From NCBI GenBank assembly GCA_041671005.1, contig JBAZCJ010000001.1, positions 1 through 49,268 on the forward strand: a DNA stretch of 49,268 nucleotides. Reading direction: 5' to 3'. Shown piece by piece: positions 26,455-35,425 of the stretch (positions are counted from its first letter, which is position 1; each line of letters begins with the position of its first letter). A program made the translations under genes and the position numbers. The DNA is from Candidatus Woesearchaeota archaeon. GTDB taxonomy: Archaea; Nanobdellota; Nanobdellia; Woesearchaeales; DSVV01. Under the pieces are notes generated by a model. It was not told where the DNA came from. It saw nothing but the letters and a program-made list of their open reading frames with translations, and did no database searches.

Positions 26455-27936
26455 ATGACACCAAATCAGGCACTTTTAAGAAAACCTAAGACAATATATG
26501 GATATGGTTCTACTCCCAATCCATTAAGTCAAGTTAGTTTAGAAGAGTCTATTCGTCGATTTAATGGAATTCAAGATCACTTTGAAGAATTTTACAGAAC
26601 AGTTGAAGAGTCTAAACTTTTAAACGCAATCCTTGGCTTAACAACGAATGAATCATTTCTTGGAATGACTCTTGAAGAAGCACAAAGAGATGCAAGTTTT
26701 CGAAATTCAATGGCTGGATTTCTTCATGGAGAACATACAAGCTATCGTTCTATTTCAGATAACCTTGGTTGGTTCGGATTTTATGCTTCTTTTTTTAGTT
26801 CAACACCAATTCCAGAAAATTTACAAGTTATAGAACGAGGAAGAAAATCTTTAGAACTTCTTACAGCAATAACTGAAACAGATTCTAAATTTTACGAACA
26901 TGTTTTGAAAGGGGTTTATGCTGCAGAATTACAAAAACAAGGACTTCTTGCTGCAGAGAATATTTTTATTTCAGTTGCATCTGTTCCTGAAGTAGGACAT
27001 GAAATTCTTAAACCTCAAATGGTAAAACCTGGATCAGATACTATTCGTTATAGGCGCCAAGAATTTTATAATGGTCTTCCAGGAGATCGATCGCGATTTC
27101 CTACTTATATTGTACCAGAGGGAACACGTATTCGTGTTGCTGTAAAAAATACTAGTACAGACAAAGTATATCTTATTGTCCCAACAATAAATGGAATTCC
27201 TTTTCATTTACAATGTGCAGTTTTTAAGTATGATAATTTTAAAGATACAACGTTTCCACTTGAAGGAGTAGAATCTGTGAAACACTATCTTAAACCTGGA
27301 GAAGAACTTATTTTAGATCATTTTCAAGTAGATCGAACATCTATTGGGGATAATCCAAAAAGTTTTACTTCATCAGATATAGGAGATTATGGTTCACATG
27401 GATCTTTAGAAGAGCTTGCATTTGTTGCAGAACCATTAATTTTAGAAAAATATTCCGTATCTGATCTTGAATTATTAGAACGTGTTCCTGAATCAATGAG
27501 AAGACAAATTATTTATGAATCTAATTTAGGATACCTCAAAACCTGGTTAAGACAATTAAAAGAAGCAAAAAAAACTGAAATTTATGTCAGCCGTCCAGTT
27601 CTTGCTGGAAAAACAGAATCTTCAGAATTAGATAATCCATTCCTTGGATCGTTAGGATTTACTATAATCAGTGTTGAAAGACCTCCTGTTAAAGCTGTGC
27701 ATACAATGGCATTTGAAGGTATATATAGAGAAAGTGGAGCACATAGTTTTAGTGGAGCAACTAAAGGTATGGGAGGAGGTATTGCCGGTCTTGCAACATT
27801 TAGTGGAGGAAGCGACTTAGGAGCTATTAGAGCAGATCGCTTTAATTTTGATTATGACTCCGCAATACATAGAGTTATTGGGTATTATCCTGTTAATTTA
27901 ATGTCAACATCAGGAATTATGCGTGTTGTTCAGTAA
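26455..27936 (+). CDS. orphan protein (493 aa) with Gly-rich C-terminal segment
   Basis: Long uninterrupted ORF. No motif recognised. C-terminus reads GATKGMGGGIAGLATFSGGSDLG. Confidence 0.55.
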   Translation: MTPNQALLRKPKTIYGYGSTPNPLSQVSLEESIRRFNGIQDHFEEFYRTVEESKLLNAILGLTTNESFLGMTLEEAQRDASFRNSMAGFLHGEHTSYRSISDNLGWFGFYASFFSSTPIPENLQVIERGRKSLELLTAITETDSKFYEHVLKGVYAAELQKQGLLAAENIFISVASVPEVGHEILKPQMVKPGSDTIRYRRQEFYNGLPGDRSRFPTYIVPEGTRIRVAVKNTSTDKVYLIVPTINGIPFHLQCAVFKYDNFKDTTFPLEGVESVKHYLKPGEELILDHFQVDRTSIGDNPKSFTSSDIGDYGSHGSLEELAFVAEPLILEKYSVSDLELLERVPESMRRQIIYESNLGYLKTWLRQLKEAKKTEIYVSRPVLAGKTESSELDNPFLGSLGFTIISVERPPVKAVHTMAFEGIYRESGAHSFSGATKGMGGGIAGLATFSGGSDLGAIRADRFNFDYDSAIHRVIGYYPVNLMSTSGIMRVVQ

Positions 27937-27987
27937 TTAAATTTAAAATCTAAACACATAAATAATCTAACATATTTCTTATTACCT

Positions 27988-28722
27988 ATGCTCAAACATA
28001 TAGACCAGTTAACACCTGCAGACATCGCATCTATCTGTGATCATACATTTTTACAACGAAGTGAAGCATACAGAAAAGAAACAAAACCTGGGGAAAGTGC
28101 AACACGATTACGAGAAAGGGCATTTCATACATTTCTTGAACAAACTAAAATATTAACATATAGACCATATGCAGTGTGCGTACGACCAGAAGATGTTGCA
28201 GAAGCAGTAACTTATTTACAAGATACAGGGATTATAATTGCATCTGTGGTGGGATTTCCAAATGGAAATAAATATTCTACTGTGTTCAAGGTTGCTGAAA
28301 CACTTCTTGCAATAGAAAATGGTACTGATGAAATTGATATGGTAATGAATTATGACAAATTCAAAGAACATGATTTTGAATTTGTAAAACAAGATATTAA
28401 TGCTGTTGTTGATGCAGCAGGTGATTCTCCTGTTAAATTAATTATTGAAACATCCGAACTTACAGAAGACCAACTGATTGTTGCCTGCAGAATTGCAGTG
28501 GAATGCAATGTCCCATTTATTAAAACATCAACAGGATTTGGGAGTCATGGTGCAAAGCCAGAACATTTACAAATCATGAAACAACATTTTAAACGAGGCA
28601 TTAAAATGTCCGGAGGAATTACAAAAGAGAATGTCAAAGAATTACTTTTTGCTCTTTCTGATAATGGGATTATTGATATTGATCCACTTAAAATTAGAAT
28701 TGGAGAAAGCAGTTTGCTTTAA
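27988..28722 (+). CDS. deoC: deoxyribose-phosphate aldolase
   Basis: CVRPEDV, EIDMVMNY, and FIKTSTGF with the Schiff-base Lys. Confidence 0.85.
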   Translation: MLKHIDQLTPADIASICDHTFLQRSEAYRKETKPGESATRLRERAFHTFLEQTKILTYRPYAVCVRPEDVAEAVTYLQDTGIIIASVVGFPNGNKYSTVFKVAETLLAIENGTDEIDMVMNYDKFKEHDFEFVKQDINAVVDAAGDSPVKLIIETSELTEDQLIVACRIAVECNVPFIKTSTGFGSHGAKPEHLQIMKQHFKRGIKMSGGITKENVKELLFALSDNGIIDIDPLKIRIGESSLL

Positions 28723-29057
28723 TAGTTGAAACGCCGCTCGTATTCTTTGTGAGTCATCCATTCAAGAACAATACATAAAACAATAACTTCATTACTTTTA
28801 ATTGTATAAATTAATCTCCATGAATGAGGAAGATTATATTTCCATAAATTATCAAGGGGACCAAATTTAGCAATATACTCTTTTGGGATTAATCTTTTCG
28901 ATAATTGAACTCCAGAAAATGCATTTTTTTTTAAGTCATCTGAAGCCCTGTCTAACCATTCTTTCAATTGCTTATCTTCAAATTTTCCAGTTTCAAGTTT
29001 TAGATAAGCGTTCTTAAGATTTTCATCAATAAATTTTATTTCTGATGCTATTTCCAT
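28719..29057 (-). CDS. RelE/ParE-superfamily toxin-like protein
   Basis: C-terminal LWKYNLPHSWRLIYTIKSNEVIVLCIVLEWMTHKEYERRF fits the RelE/ParE core (x-y-RliY-x-i...v-x-il-x-i-x-H). It overlaps the upstream small gene by 10 nt. Confidence 0.6.
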   Translation of the reverse strand: MEIASEIKFIDENLKNAYLKLETGKFEDKQLKEWLDRASDDLKKNAFSGVQLSKRLIPKEYIAKFGPLDNLWKYNLPHSWRLIYTIKSNEVIVLCIVLEWMTHKEYERRFNY

Positions 29058-29317
29058 GAAAGATCAGGTCTCCTCAAATATTTCTTCACGAATTCAGGAT
29101 TCCATATCCAACAAATTGTACCTTTTTTGTCTACACCAATTTTGTTGATGCTGAGCAAATAGTCTATGACAACAACATATGTCTGCCACATGACTTTTTT
29201 TGGTAGTTTTTTCCACAACTGTGTTCTGTTGAACTCACCACTGTACTTTTCTATTGCATGCTCTACCATCAAAACAGTATCTAAGGTAGGCGACCTACTG
29301 TAAATAGTTTTTACCAT
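29048..29317 (-). CDS. small putative antitoxin / winged-helix partner
   Basis: Start at MVKTIYSRS (29317) has a TATA-like gtttatatatc about 25 nt upstream on the minus strand. It is translationally coupled to the RelE-like gene. Confidence 0.5.
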   Translation of the reverse strand: MVKTIYSRSPTLDTVLMVEHAIEKYSGEFNRTQLWKKLPKKVMWQTYVVVIDYLLSINKIGVDKKGTICWIWNPEFVKKYLRRPDLSWK

Positions 29318-29477
29318 AACCTTATTGTATATCAATTGATATATAAACATTACGCCTTTTTCGAACAATAACATATTAATAATTTTATTTGATGATTTAA
29401 AAAACAATTTGATTTGAAGGAGTCAGAGTGGAACCTTTTTTTGAAAGATTTTCAATAAATTTTATCTTCCACAAAGC

Positions 29478-29485
29478 TTATAAAT
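29478..29485 (+). promoter_or_regulatory. TATA box (ttataaat) about 27 nt upstream of the lonB ATG
   Basis: aagcttataaataaattatcattaatttaaaaccATG. Confidence 0.5.
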
Positions 29486-29507
29486 AAATTATCATTAATT
29501 TAAAACC

Positions 29508-31367
29508 ATGGCAGATTATGAAACAACAAAAGACATTCAAATTGATCCTAAAGTTATCAATCAAGTCATTGGCCAAGATGAAGCTGTTGAAATTATTAAA
29601 AAAGCTGGAGACCAACGAAGACATGTCCTTCTTATAGGAGAACCAGGAACAGGAAAATCTCTTCTTGGCATGGCACTTGCGGAATTATTGCCAAAAGAAA
29701 AACTTGTTGATATTGTTGCATTCCCTAATCCTCATGATGAAAATCAACCTTTAATTAGAACAATGCCAGGTGGCTCTGGCAGAGAACTTGTAATGAGAGC
29801 ACGCATTGAAAGTGCATCAATGTTCAAAAATCAAAATTTAATATTCCTCATTATTATTTTTATTATTTCACTTATTCCATTCTGGCTTTGGAAAACTGGA
29901 AAAATTTCTGACATTATTTTTGCTGCATCTATTATTACCACTTCAGTTGCATTCATCGGCATTGTTTTTGCTATGAATCTTGGCAAACGTATGGGTGGTG
30001 AAAAAATACAAGTACCAAAAGTCATTGTTGATAATTTTGATAAAAAAAATGCACCATTTTTTGATGCAACAGGAGCACATGCAGGAGCATTATTAGGGGA
30101 TGTTCTTCACGATCCATTCCAATCTGGAGGATTAGGAACACCTGCACATGAACGTATTATTGCCGGCATGATTCATAAAGCACATATGGGTGTCTTATTT
30201 GTTGATGAAATAGCAACACTCCAACCACATACACAGCAAGAATTACTTTCAGCATTGCAAGAAGGGCGTTATCCTATTACAGGCCAATCTGAACGAAGTG
30301 CTGGTGCAATGGTTAGAACAGAATTTGTCCCTTGTAATTTTATTCTTGTTGCTGCAGGGAACATGGAAACAATGAAGCAAATGCATCCTGCATTGCGAAG
30401 CAGAATCAGAGGTTATGGGTATGAAGTATATATGAAAGAAACTATGCCTGACAATGAAGAAAATAGATTCAAATTAGCACGATTTGTTGCACAAGAAGTT
30501 GTAAAAGATAAAAAAATACCTCACTTTAACAAAGAAGCTGTAGAAGCAATCATTGAAGAAGCAAAACGCAGAGCAAACAGAAAAGGACATTTGACATTAC
30601 GATTACGTGATTTAGGCGGGATTATCCGAGCAGCTGGGGATTTAGCACTTGAAGAAAAAGCAAAATTTGTTGAACGTAAACATGTTCTTGCTGCTAAAAA
30701 ACTTGCACGAACTCTTGAACAACAACTTGCCGATAAATATATTGAACGAAAAAAAGAATATGAAATTATTATCACAGAAGGAGAAAAAGTTGGCAGAGTC
30801 AACGGTCTTGCTGTTATTGGCGGTGGCGATGCATATTCTGGAATCATTCTTCCTATAGAAGCAGAAGTAACTCCTGGCGGTAAGCGAGGAGAATTTATTG
30901 CAACAGGAAAACTTGGAGAAATTGCAAAAGAAGCAGTAAAGAATGTTTCAGCTATTATTAAAAAATATTTTGGAGAAGATATTAAAGAAAAATATGATAT
31001 TTATGTTCAATTTTTACAAACATACGAAGGTGTTGAAGGGGATTCAGCAAGTATTGCTGTTGCAGTCGCAATAATTTCTGCATTGAAAGATGTCCCTATT
31101 AAACAAGAATATGCAATGACTGGAAGTCTTTCTGTTAGAGGAGAAGCACTGCCAATCGGCGGAGTTACTGCAAAAGTTGAAGCAGCAATTGATGCAGGTA
31201 TCAAAAAAGTTATTGTTCCAAAATCAAACATGCAGGACATTGTTTTAAACGAAAAACAGCTTGGACAAATAAAAATAATTCCAGTAGAAACATTAGATGA
31301 AGTTCTTAAAGAAGTCTTAAACTGGAAAGGTAAAGAAGCAATCTTGAAAAAGATATTAAAGAAATAA
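29508..31367 (+). CDS. lonB: archaeal membrane-bound Lon protease (LonB)
   Basis: Walker A GEPGTGKS. Two TM helices are inserted in the AAA+ module ([16 protein letters not shown] / [21 protein letters not shown]). Walker B is LFVDEI. The catalytic Ser is in EGDSASIA and the Lys in [10 protein letters not shown]. Confidence 0.92.
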   Translation: MADYETTKDIQIDPKVINQVIGQDEAVEIIKKAGDQRRHVLLIGEPGTGKSLLGMALAELLPKEKLVDIVAFPNPHDENQPLIRTMPGGSGRELVMRARIESASMFKNQNLIFLIIIFIISLIPFWLWKTGKISDIIFAASIITTSVAFIGIVFAMNLGKRMGGEKIQVPKVIVDNFDKKNAPFFDATGAHAGALLGDVLHDPFQSGGLGTPAHERIIAGMIHKAHMGVLFVDEIATLQPHTQQELLSALQEGRYPITGQSERSAGAMVRTEFVPCNFILVAAGNMETMKQMHPALRSRIRGYGYEVYMKETMPDNEENRFKLARFVAQEVVKDKKIPHFNKEAVEAIIEEAKRRANRKGHLTLRLRDLGGIIRAAGDLALEEKAKFVERKHVLAAKKLARTLEQQLADKYIERKKEYEIIITEGEKVGRVNGLAVIGGGDAYSGIILPIEAEVTPGGKRGEFIATGKLGEIAKEAVKNVSAIIKKYFGEDIKEKYDIYVQFLQTYEGVEGDSASIAVAVAIISALKDVPIKQEYAMTGSLSVRGEALPIGGVTAKVEAAIDAGIKKVIVPKSNMQDIVLNEKQLGQIKIIPVETLDEVLKEVLNWKGKEAILKKILKK

Positions 31368-31420
31368 TATTAGTTTCACTAATGCTGCAATAATCCTATT
31401 AGTGTCAATAACTATTTTCA

Positions 31421-31654
31421 TTATGCACAATTATGTTTTTTAGCAATGCCTTTTTTTATTTTATTCCCTATCTCATTTGCATCAGTTTCTGTTAATTCAC
31501 TATTCGCAAGAAGCTTATCCATTAACTCTAACTTTTTTGCTTTTTCCCACATTGCCTGGCGAACTACTTCACTCCATTTTATGTCTTTATGTTTGCGTAT
31601 TATTGTGTATAAATTTTCAGGCACTGCAAATGTTACATTAGTCATAAAAATCAC
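31421..31654 (-). CDS. orphan RHH/VapB-like antitoxin-type small protein
   Basis: VTFAVPENLYTIIRKHKDIKWSEVVRQAM...SELTETDANEIGNKIK resembles PIN-associated archaeal antitoxins. No toxin gene is adjacent. Alternative start at 31645. Confidence 0.45.
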   Translation of the reverse strand: MIFMTNVTFAVPENLYTIIRKHKDIKWSEVVRQAMWEKAKKLELMDKLLANSELTETDANEIGNKIKKGIAKKHNCA

Positions 31655-31776
31655 CTTTACTTATTTATGTGAAATAAGTATAATTACTTATTTATATACT
31701 TTTCTATGAATTCTTTTGGTTATTAATTCTTTTGGCTTTTTTAATTAGTGTTATAATGTTAATAGAATAATTTTTT

Positions 31777-32502
31777 TCAAAAAAATAACAACACTAACCC
31801 TGTTAAGACTATCATATTTCCAAAATCAGCAACAGAGGTTGTAATCGGAATAAGAAAATTGTTTGGATCTTTTTCTTTTTTAAAATAATATAGTCCTGCA
31901 TAAATTGAAAGAACACATAACAATGCAACGATAATTAATACATCCAACAAAGTAATAACCAATATCTTCGCTGCGACAACAGGATTTACTGAATGTTCAA
32001 CAAAATATGTTACTCCAAGAGCTGTACATGCACTGAGGACTGCTGTAATTGATGCAATGATAAATATTTGAGTTAACAACTGCTGTACAATAAGATTTTT
32101 CCACCATAATTTTGTTATTTCCCTTTTATGGAGCATTGTTGAAAATCGTGAAGACACAATAGTTCCATAATCCCCAATCATATCATTTAATGTTGGAAGC
32201 AAAATAACTAACGGCATGATAGAAATAAATATTGTTTTTACTTCTTCTAATGCAAAACCTCCTAATGAACTAACAAGAGATGCTAATATAATTATTTTTA
32301 TACTTTCTTTAAGAATTGTTTTAGGAACATTACTATGCGCACCATATTCTTTAATATAAAACAAAGTTTTCTTGGAAATCTTATGAATATGATGAATATG
32401 GTGAATGAGAGGATGGTGTTTATGACGAGCAATTAGTTGAAGTTTTTTTAATTTTTTTTTCAGAGTATCTCTTTTGATTATCTTGTGAAAATGAAAGTTC
32501 AT
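31777..32502 (-). CDS. MgtE-type transmembrane (pore) domain protein with His-rich N-terminus
   Basis: DPNNFLIPITTSVADFGNMIVL is the MgtE TM5-type motif. The N-terminus contains HKHHPLIHHIHHIHK. There is no MgtE_N or CBS region. ATGA overlap with the upstream gene. Confidence 0.7.
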   Translation of the reverse strand: MNFHFHKIIKRDTLKKKLKKLQLIARHKHHPLIHHIHHIHKISKKTLFYIKEYGAHSNVPKTILKESIKIIILASLVSSLGGFALEEVKTIFISIMPLVILLPTLNDMIGDYGTIVSSRFSTMLHKREITKLWWKNLIVQQLLTQIFIIASITAVLSACTALGVTYFVEHSVNPVVAAKILVITLLDVLIIVALLCVLSIYAGLYYFKKEKDPNNFLIPITTSVADFGNMIVLTGLVLLFF

Positions 32503-33050
32503 ATGACCACCACCAATGCAAGTAAAATAGAAATAATACTAATGATATCTCCGGATGACGTTAAAAATGGGCCCATAATATTATTTGGATCATGACCTTT
32601 TTTGAACAAGTAAAATGTTGCAAAAAGAGTAAGAGGAATTTCTATTGCATTAGCAAGAATTCCTGCAAATAAAACAACAACAATAAGTTTTGGTGTGTAT
32701 ACTTGAAGAAAAAAATAATTGACAAAAAAAACAATAAGTCCTAATAGCAACGATACAATACCACTTAACACAAAAGATGCAATAACATTGCCTTGAATTA
32801 TTTTTGTTCTTGTAGGATTTGACTTCGCATGGATTACCCCTAAAAATAACCCTGAACTTAATCGTGATGCCAAAGGAGCAGTAATATTTGCACGCATTTC
32901 TAAAAATCCTGGCAACAAAATAAGCATACTAGGAATAAGAAGAATTTTTTCTGTATAAATTGCAAGCACTGTTCCTGCAATAAGACCCCCTGCAACTGAA
33001 ACTATTTGCGAAAAAAAGATTTCTTTAAAATTCATATCAAATATTTTCAT
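32499..33050 (-). CDS. MgtE-type transmembrane (pore) domain protein
   Basis: DPNNIMGPFLTSSGDIISIISILL, five hydrophobic helices, no cytosolic domains. Confidence 0.7.
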   Translation of the reverse strand: MKIFDMNFKEIFFSQIVSVAGGLIAGTVLAIYTEKILLIPSMLILLPGFLEMRANITAPLASRLSSGLFLGVIHAKSNPTRTKIIQGNVIASFVLSGIVSLLLGLIVFFVNYFFLQVYTPKLIVVVLFAGILANAIEIPLTLFATFYLFKKGHDPNNIMGPFLTSSGDIISIISILLALVVVI

Positions 33051-33147
33051 TCGATATAAATTTATGAAGAAGATTCCTTATAATACTTTTGAAAAAAATC
33101 CACTCTTTTTGTCTTCTTACTCCCCCTTACAATGAAATGTTATTATT

Positions 33148-33161
33148 TGTAATGCATTACA
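33148..33161. promoter_or_regulatory. perfect 14-bp palindrome TGTAATGCATTACA upstream of the MgtE-TM gene pair
   Basis: Read directly. About 100 nt upstream of ATG 33050 (minus) and about 80 nt downstream of the sigma-like gene stop. Confidence 0.35.
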
Positions 33162-33240
33162 TCTTGTTAATAGATTTTTTCACTGCAACAATATGAACCG
33201 TATTTAAGTGAGGAAGAGAACAATGAGAACAATACACAAA

Positions 33241-34230
33241 TTATAAACCGTGATTTAACTCATCTGCAATAGACTTTAATTTATCTAAAGAACCTACTAA
33301 AAGCTGCCTTACTCGTTCTTTACTAATGGGGGAGTCTAAACTAGTTCCTATATCTTTTAAGTATTGTTCACAAAAATAACGTTTATAAATAATCTCAATA
33401 ACACGGTTACTAAGCCCGGCTTTTGAAAGTAAAGTATGAATTTCTACATAGTCCATATCAACTTTAGAACTTGGATCCGGAAGATGATCATGTAATGTAT
33501 GACTTGAATCATCAACATCTATCGGTGCATCAAGAGAAGCAAATGAGGGTTTACTTCCTAAAATTTTTCTGCATTTATCAACATCCATTCCTTCTTGTTC
33601 TGCAAATTCTTCTAATGTTGCATCTGGATTATAACCTCTCATTAACTCTAACTTTTTTTCTGTACTCCAATGAGCATACCATTTATGTCTTGTCCACCTA
33701 GAATAAACCCCATTTGCTGCAGATTGAATAGTGCGATACATTTTATCATACACATATCCACTTAATTGAGTCCCATACGCAGGATCAAATTGCTTAATTG
33801 CTAACAATAATCCAATACTTCCTTCTTGCATTAAATCAGAAAGATCACACTCAGGTAAATTTAATATATGAAGAAAACGAGAAGCTATTGTACGCCTAAA
33901 TCCTTCATATTTCTTGGCAAGTTCACTAGGCGTAGCATGAAAATCAACACCATACAAATGAACAACATCAGTTTTAAGATAATATAGTCTTCCATTAATT
34001 TCATGTTGAGGGTTTGAACGAACACGATTTCGAATAATATCATTCAAACAAAAGTTTAAAGCATCTTGAACAGGAATAACTTCAATAAGAGGAGCTGAAG
34101 GCATTTCTAAAAGATCTCCAAAAATAGCTGCAAGATCAGAATCTAAAAAAGATAAACTTTCTGAAGGAACAAAGGCAGGATCAGGAACTGTTTTTACTAT
34201 ATCTGAAAGGGATATCACATCAATCACCAA
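33241..34230 (-). CDS. sigma-70 family RNA polymerase sigma factor homologue (regions 2, 3 and 4 recognisable)
   Basis: Region 2: DLMQEGSIGLLLAIKQFDPAYGTQLSGYVYDKMYRTIQ. Region 3: TLEEFAEQEGMDVDKCRKILGSKPSFASLDAPID. Region 4: LKDIGTSLDSPISKERVRQLLVGSLDKLK. Confidence 0.8.
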   Translation of the reverse strand: MVIDVISLSDIVKTVPDPAFVPSESLSFLDSDLAAIFGDLLEMPSAPLIEVIPVQDALNFCLNDIIRNRVRSNPQHEINGRLYYLKTDVVHLYGVDFHATPSELAKKYEGFRRTIASRFLHILNLPECDLSDLMQEGSIGLLLAIKQFDPAYGTQLSGYVYDKMYRTIQSAANGVYSRWTRHKWYAHWSTEKKLELMRGYNPDATLEEFAEQEGMDVDKCRKILGSKPSFASLDAPIDVDDSSHTLHDHLPDPSSKVDMDYVEIHTLLSKAGLSNRVIEIIYKRYFCEQYLKDIGTSLDSPISKERVRQLLVGSLDKLKSIADELNHGL

Positions 34231-35282
34231 CGAGCCCCATTAAATCCTTTATCCACTAAATATATTAAACATTGATTTGCAACTTCCCTTTCTAAAAAAA
34301 ACTGTTTTCCATGCCCGGTTTCATGAGGTTGTACTCTTCTTCCTTCTTGAGTATACCTCATATTTCCTGCAGTAGTTTTTTGTATATGATTTCTTAACTT
34401 TCCTTGAAAGTTTCTTGCCTCTTGCACAGATAGTGATTCTTGTGTAAATCGTGCAAAAATATTTCCAAAAGGAATTCTTTCTCCTTCTGCTTCTGAAAAC
34501 AAACGAACAGATTTTTCATCATAAGAATATGCACTACCAGAATTTCTAATTTCATTAAGAGGAATATATTTTTGAATATCAACAAGAGTTGGTGTAGGTA
34601 AAACACGTTCAGATACGCTGAAAAAACTAGCTCCATTAAATCCTTTATCCACTAAATACCTTAAACATTGGTTTGCAACCTCTCTGTTTAATAAATATTT
34701 TTTTCCGTGCCCTGTTTCATGGATTTGTACTCTTGTTCCATCTTGAGTATACCTAAGATATCCTGCAGTAGTTCGTTGCATCTTATTTCTTAGGCTACAT
34801 TGAAATCTTCTTATTTCTTGTCCACTTAACGATTCAGGTGTAAATCGTGCAAAAATTTCTCCATAAAATATTCTTTCTCCTTCTGCTTCTGAAAACAAAT
34901 TGACAGATCTTCCATTGTGAGAATATACTTCATCAGAATCTCTAAGTTCATTAAGAGGAGTATAGTTTTGAATATCAACCAAATTTGCAGGTAAAACAAG
35001 TTCAGTTACATTGAAAAAACTAACTCCTATAATTTTAAATGGTTTACTTGGTTCAGAAGAATATTCAAAATGAAGACTCCCTTTACTTTCGTCTATTGGG
35101 AATACTGCTATTCTTACAGAATTAAGATAAATCTGGATATGGGTTCCATGAATTACACAATCTAAAATCCCATTTTCCAATCCTCTTAATCCATAATGTT
35201 CAAGAGGAACAAGCCTATATCTTTTCGTTGTTGGATCAACAAGAGGAACTTCAACTGTTTTAACAATAGCATCAATACTCAT
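34224..35282 (-). CDS. unknown protein: N-terminal domain of about 95 aa plus two tandem copies of a 132-aa domain (HETGHGK motif)
   Basis: Internal repeat ...LVDIQxYxPLNExRxS...LFSEAEGERI..G.IFARFT.ESLS.QE.R.FQ..LRN..Q.TTAG..RYTQ.G.RVQ.HETGHGK..L.REVANQCL.YLVDKGFNGA occurs twice. The stop overlaps the sigma-like start by 7 nt. Confidence 0.65.
   Translation of the reverse strand: MSIDAIVKTVEVPLVDPTTKRYRLVPLEHYGLRGLENGILDCVIHGTHIQIYLNSVRIAVFPIDESKGSLHFEYSSEPSKPFKIIGVSFFNVTELVLPANLVDIQNYTPLNELRDSDEVYSHNGRSVNLFSEAEGERIFYGEIFARFTPESLSGQEIRRFQCSLRNKMQRTTAGYLRYTQDGTRVQIHETGHGKKYLLNREVANQCLRYLVDKGFNGASFFSVSERVLPTPTLVDIQKYIPLNEIRNSGSAYSYDEKSVRLFSEAEGERIPFGNIFARFTQESLSVQEARNFQGKLRNHIQKTTAGNMRYTQEGRRVQPHETGHGKQFFLEREVANQCLIYLVDKGFNGARW
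34235..35022 (-). repeat. intragenic tandem duplication, 2 x 396 nt, diverged copies that are still clearly alignable by eye
   Basis: Copies start at 34235 (ccccattaaatcctttatccactaaat) and 34631 (ctccattaaatcctttatccactaaat). The period is exactly 396 nt, so it is in frame. Confidence 0.8.
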
Positions 35283-35369
35283 ACATGAAGAATCTGAATT
35301 TCTTTTTTAAATGTTATTCTCATTTAGAAGTAAAAGAAGAGTAAATTTTAATGAACTGCCCCCTAAACA

Positions 35370-35377
35370 TTTATAAA
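35370..35377 (+). promoter_or_regulatory. TATA box (tttataaa) for the S27e operon; GGAGG SD precedes the ATG
   Basis: cccctaaacatttataaagaag ... tagggaggaataaccATG. Confidence 0.5.
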
Positions 35378-35425
35378 GAAGTTATTGTTTTTTCTTCTTC
35401 AGATTATTGTTAGGGAGGAATAACC

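Noticed and set aside
33241-34230. The sigma-70 gene as evidence that the contig is bacterial or a binning contaminant
   Set aside because: It is physically flanked on the same contig, within 1.2 kb, by unambiguous archaeal/eukaryal-only genes (S27e, aIF2-alpha, Nop10, PAC2). Its operon also has an archaeal-type TATA/leaderless layout. Only an assembly chimera could explain it otherwise, and that needs read-level checking.
34235-35022. The 2 x 396-nt repeat as a diversity-generating retroelement template/variable repeat pair
   Set aside because: Mismatches between the copies involve all base types rather than being adenine-specific. Both copies are inside one ORF, and no reverse transcriptase gene is present in the window.
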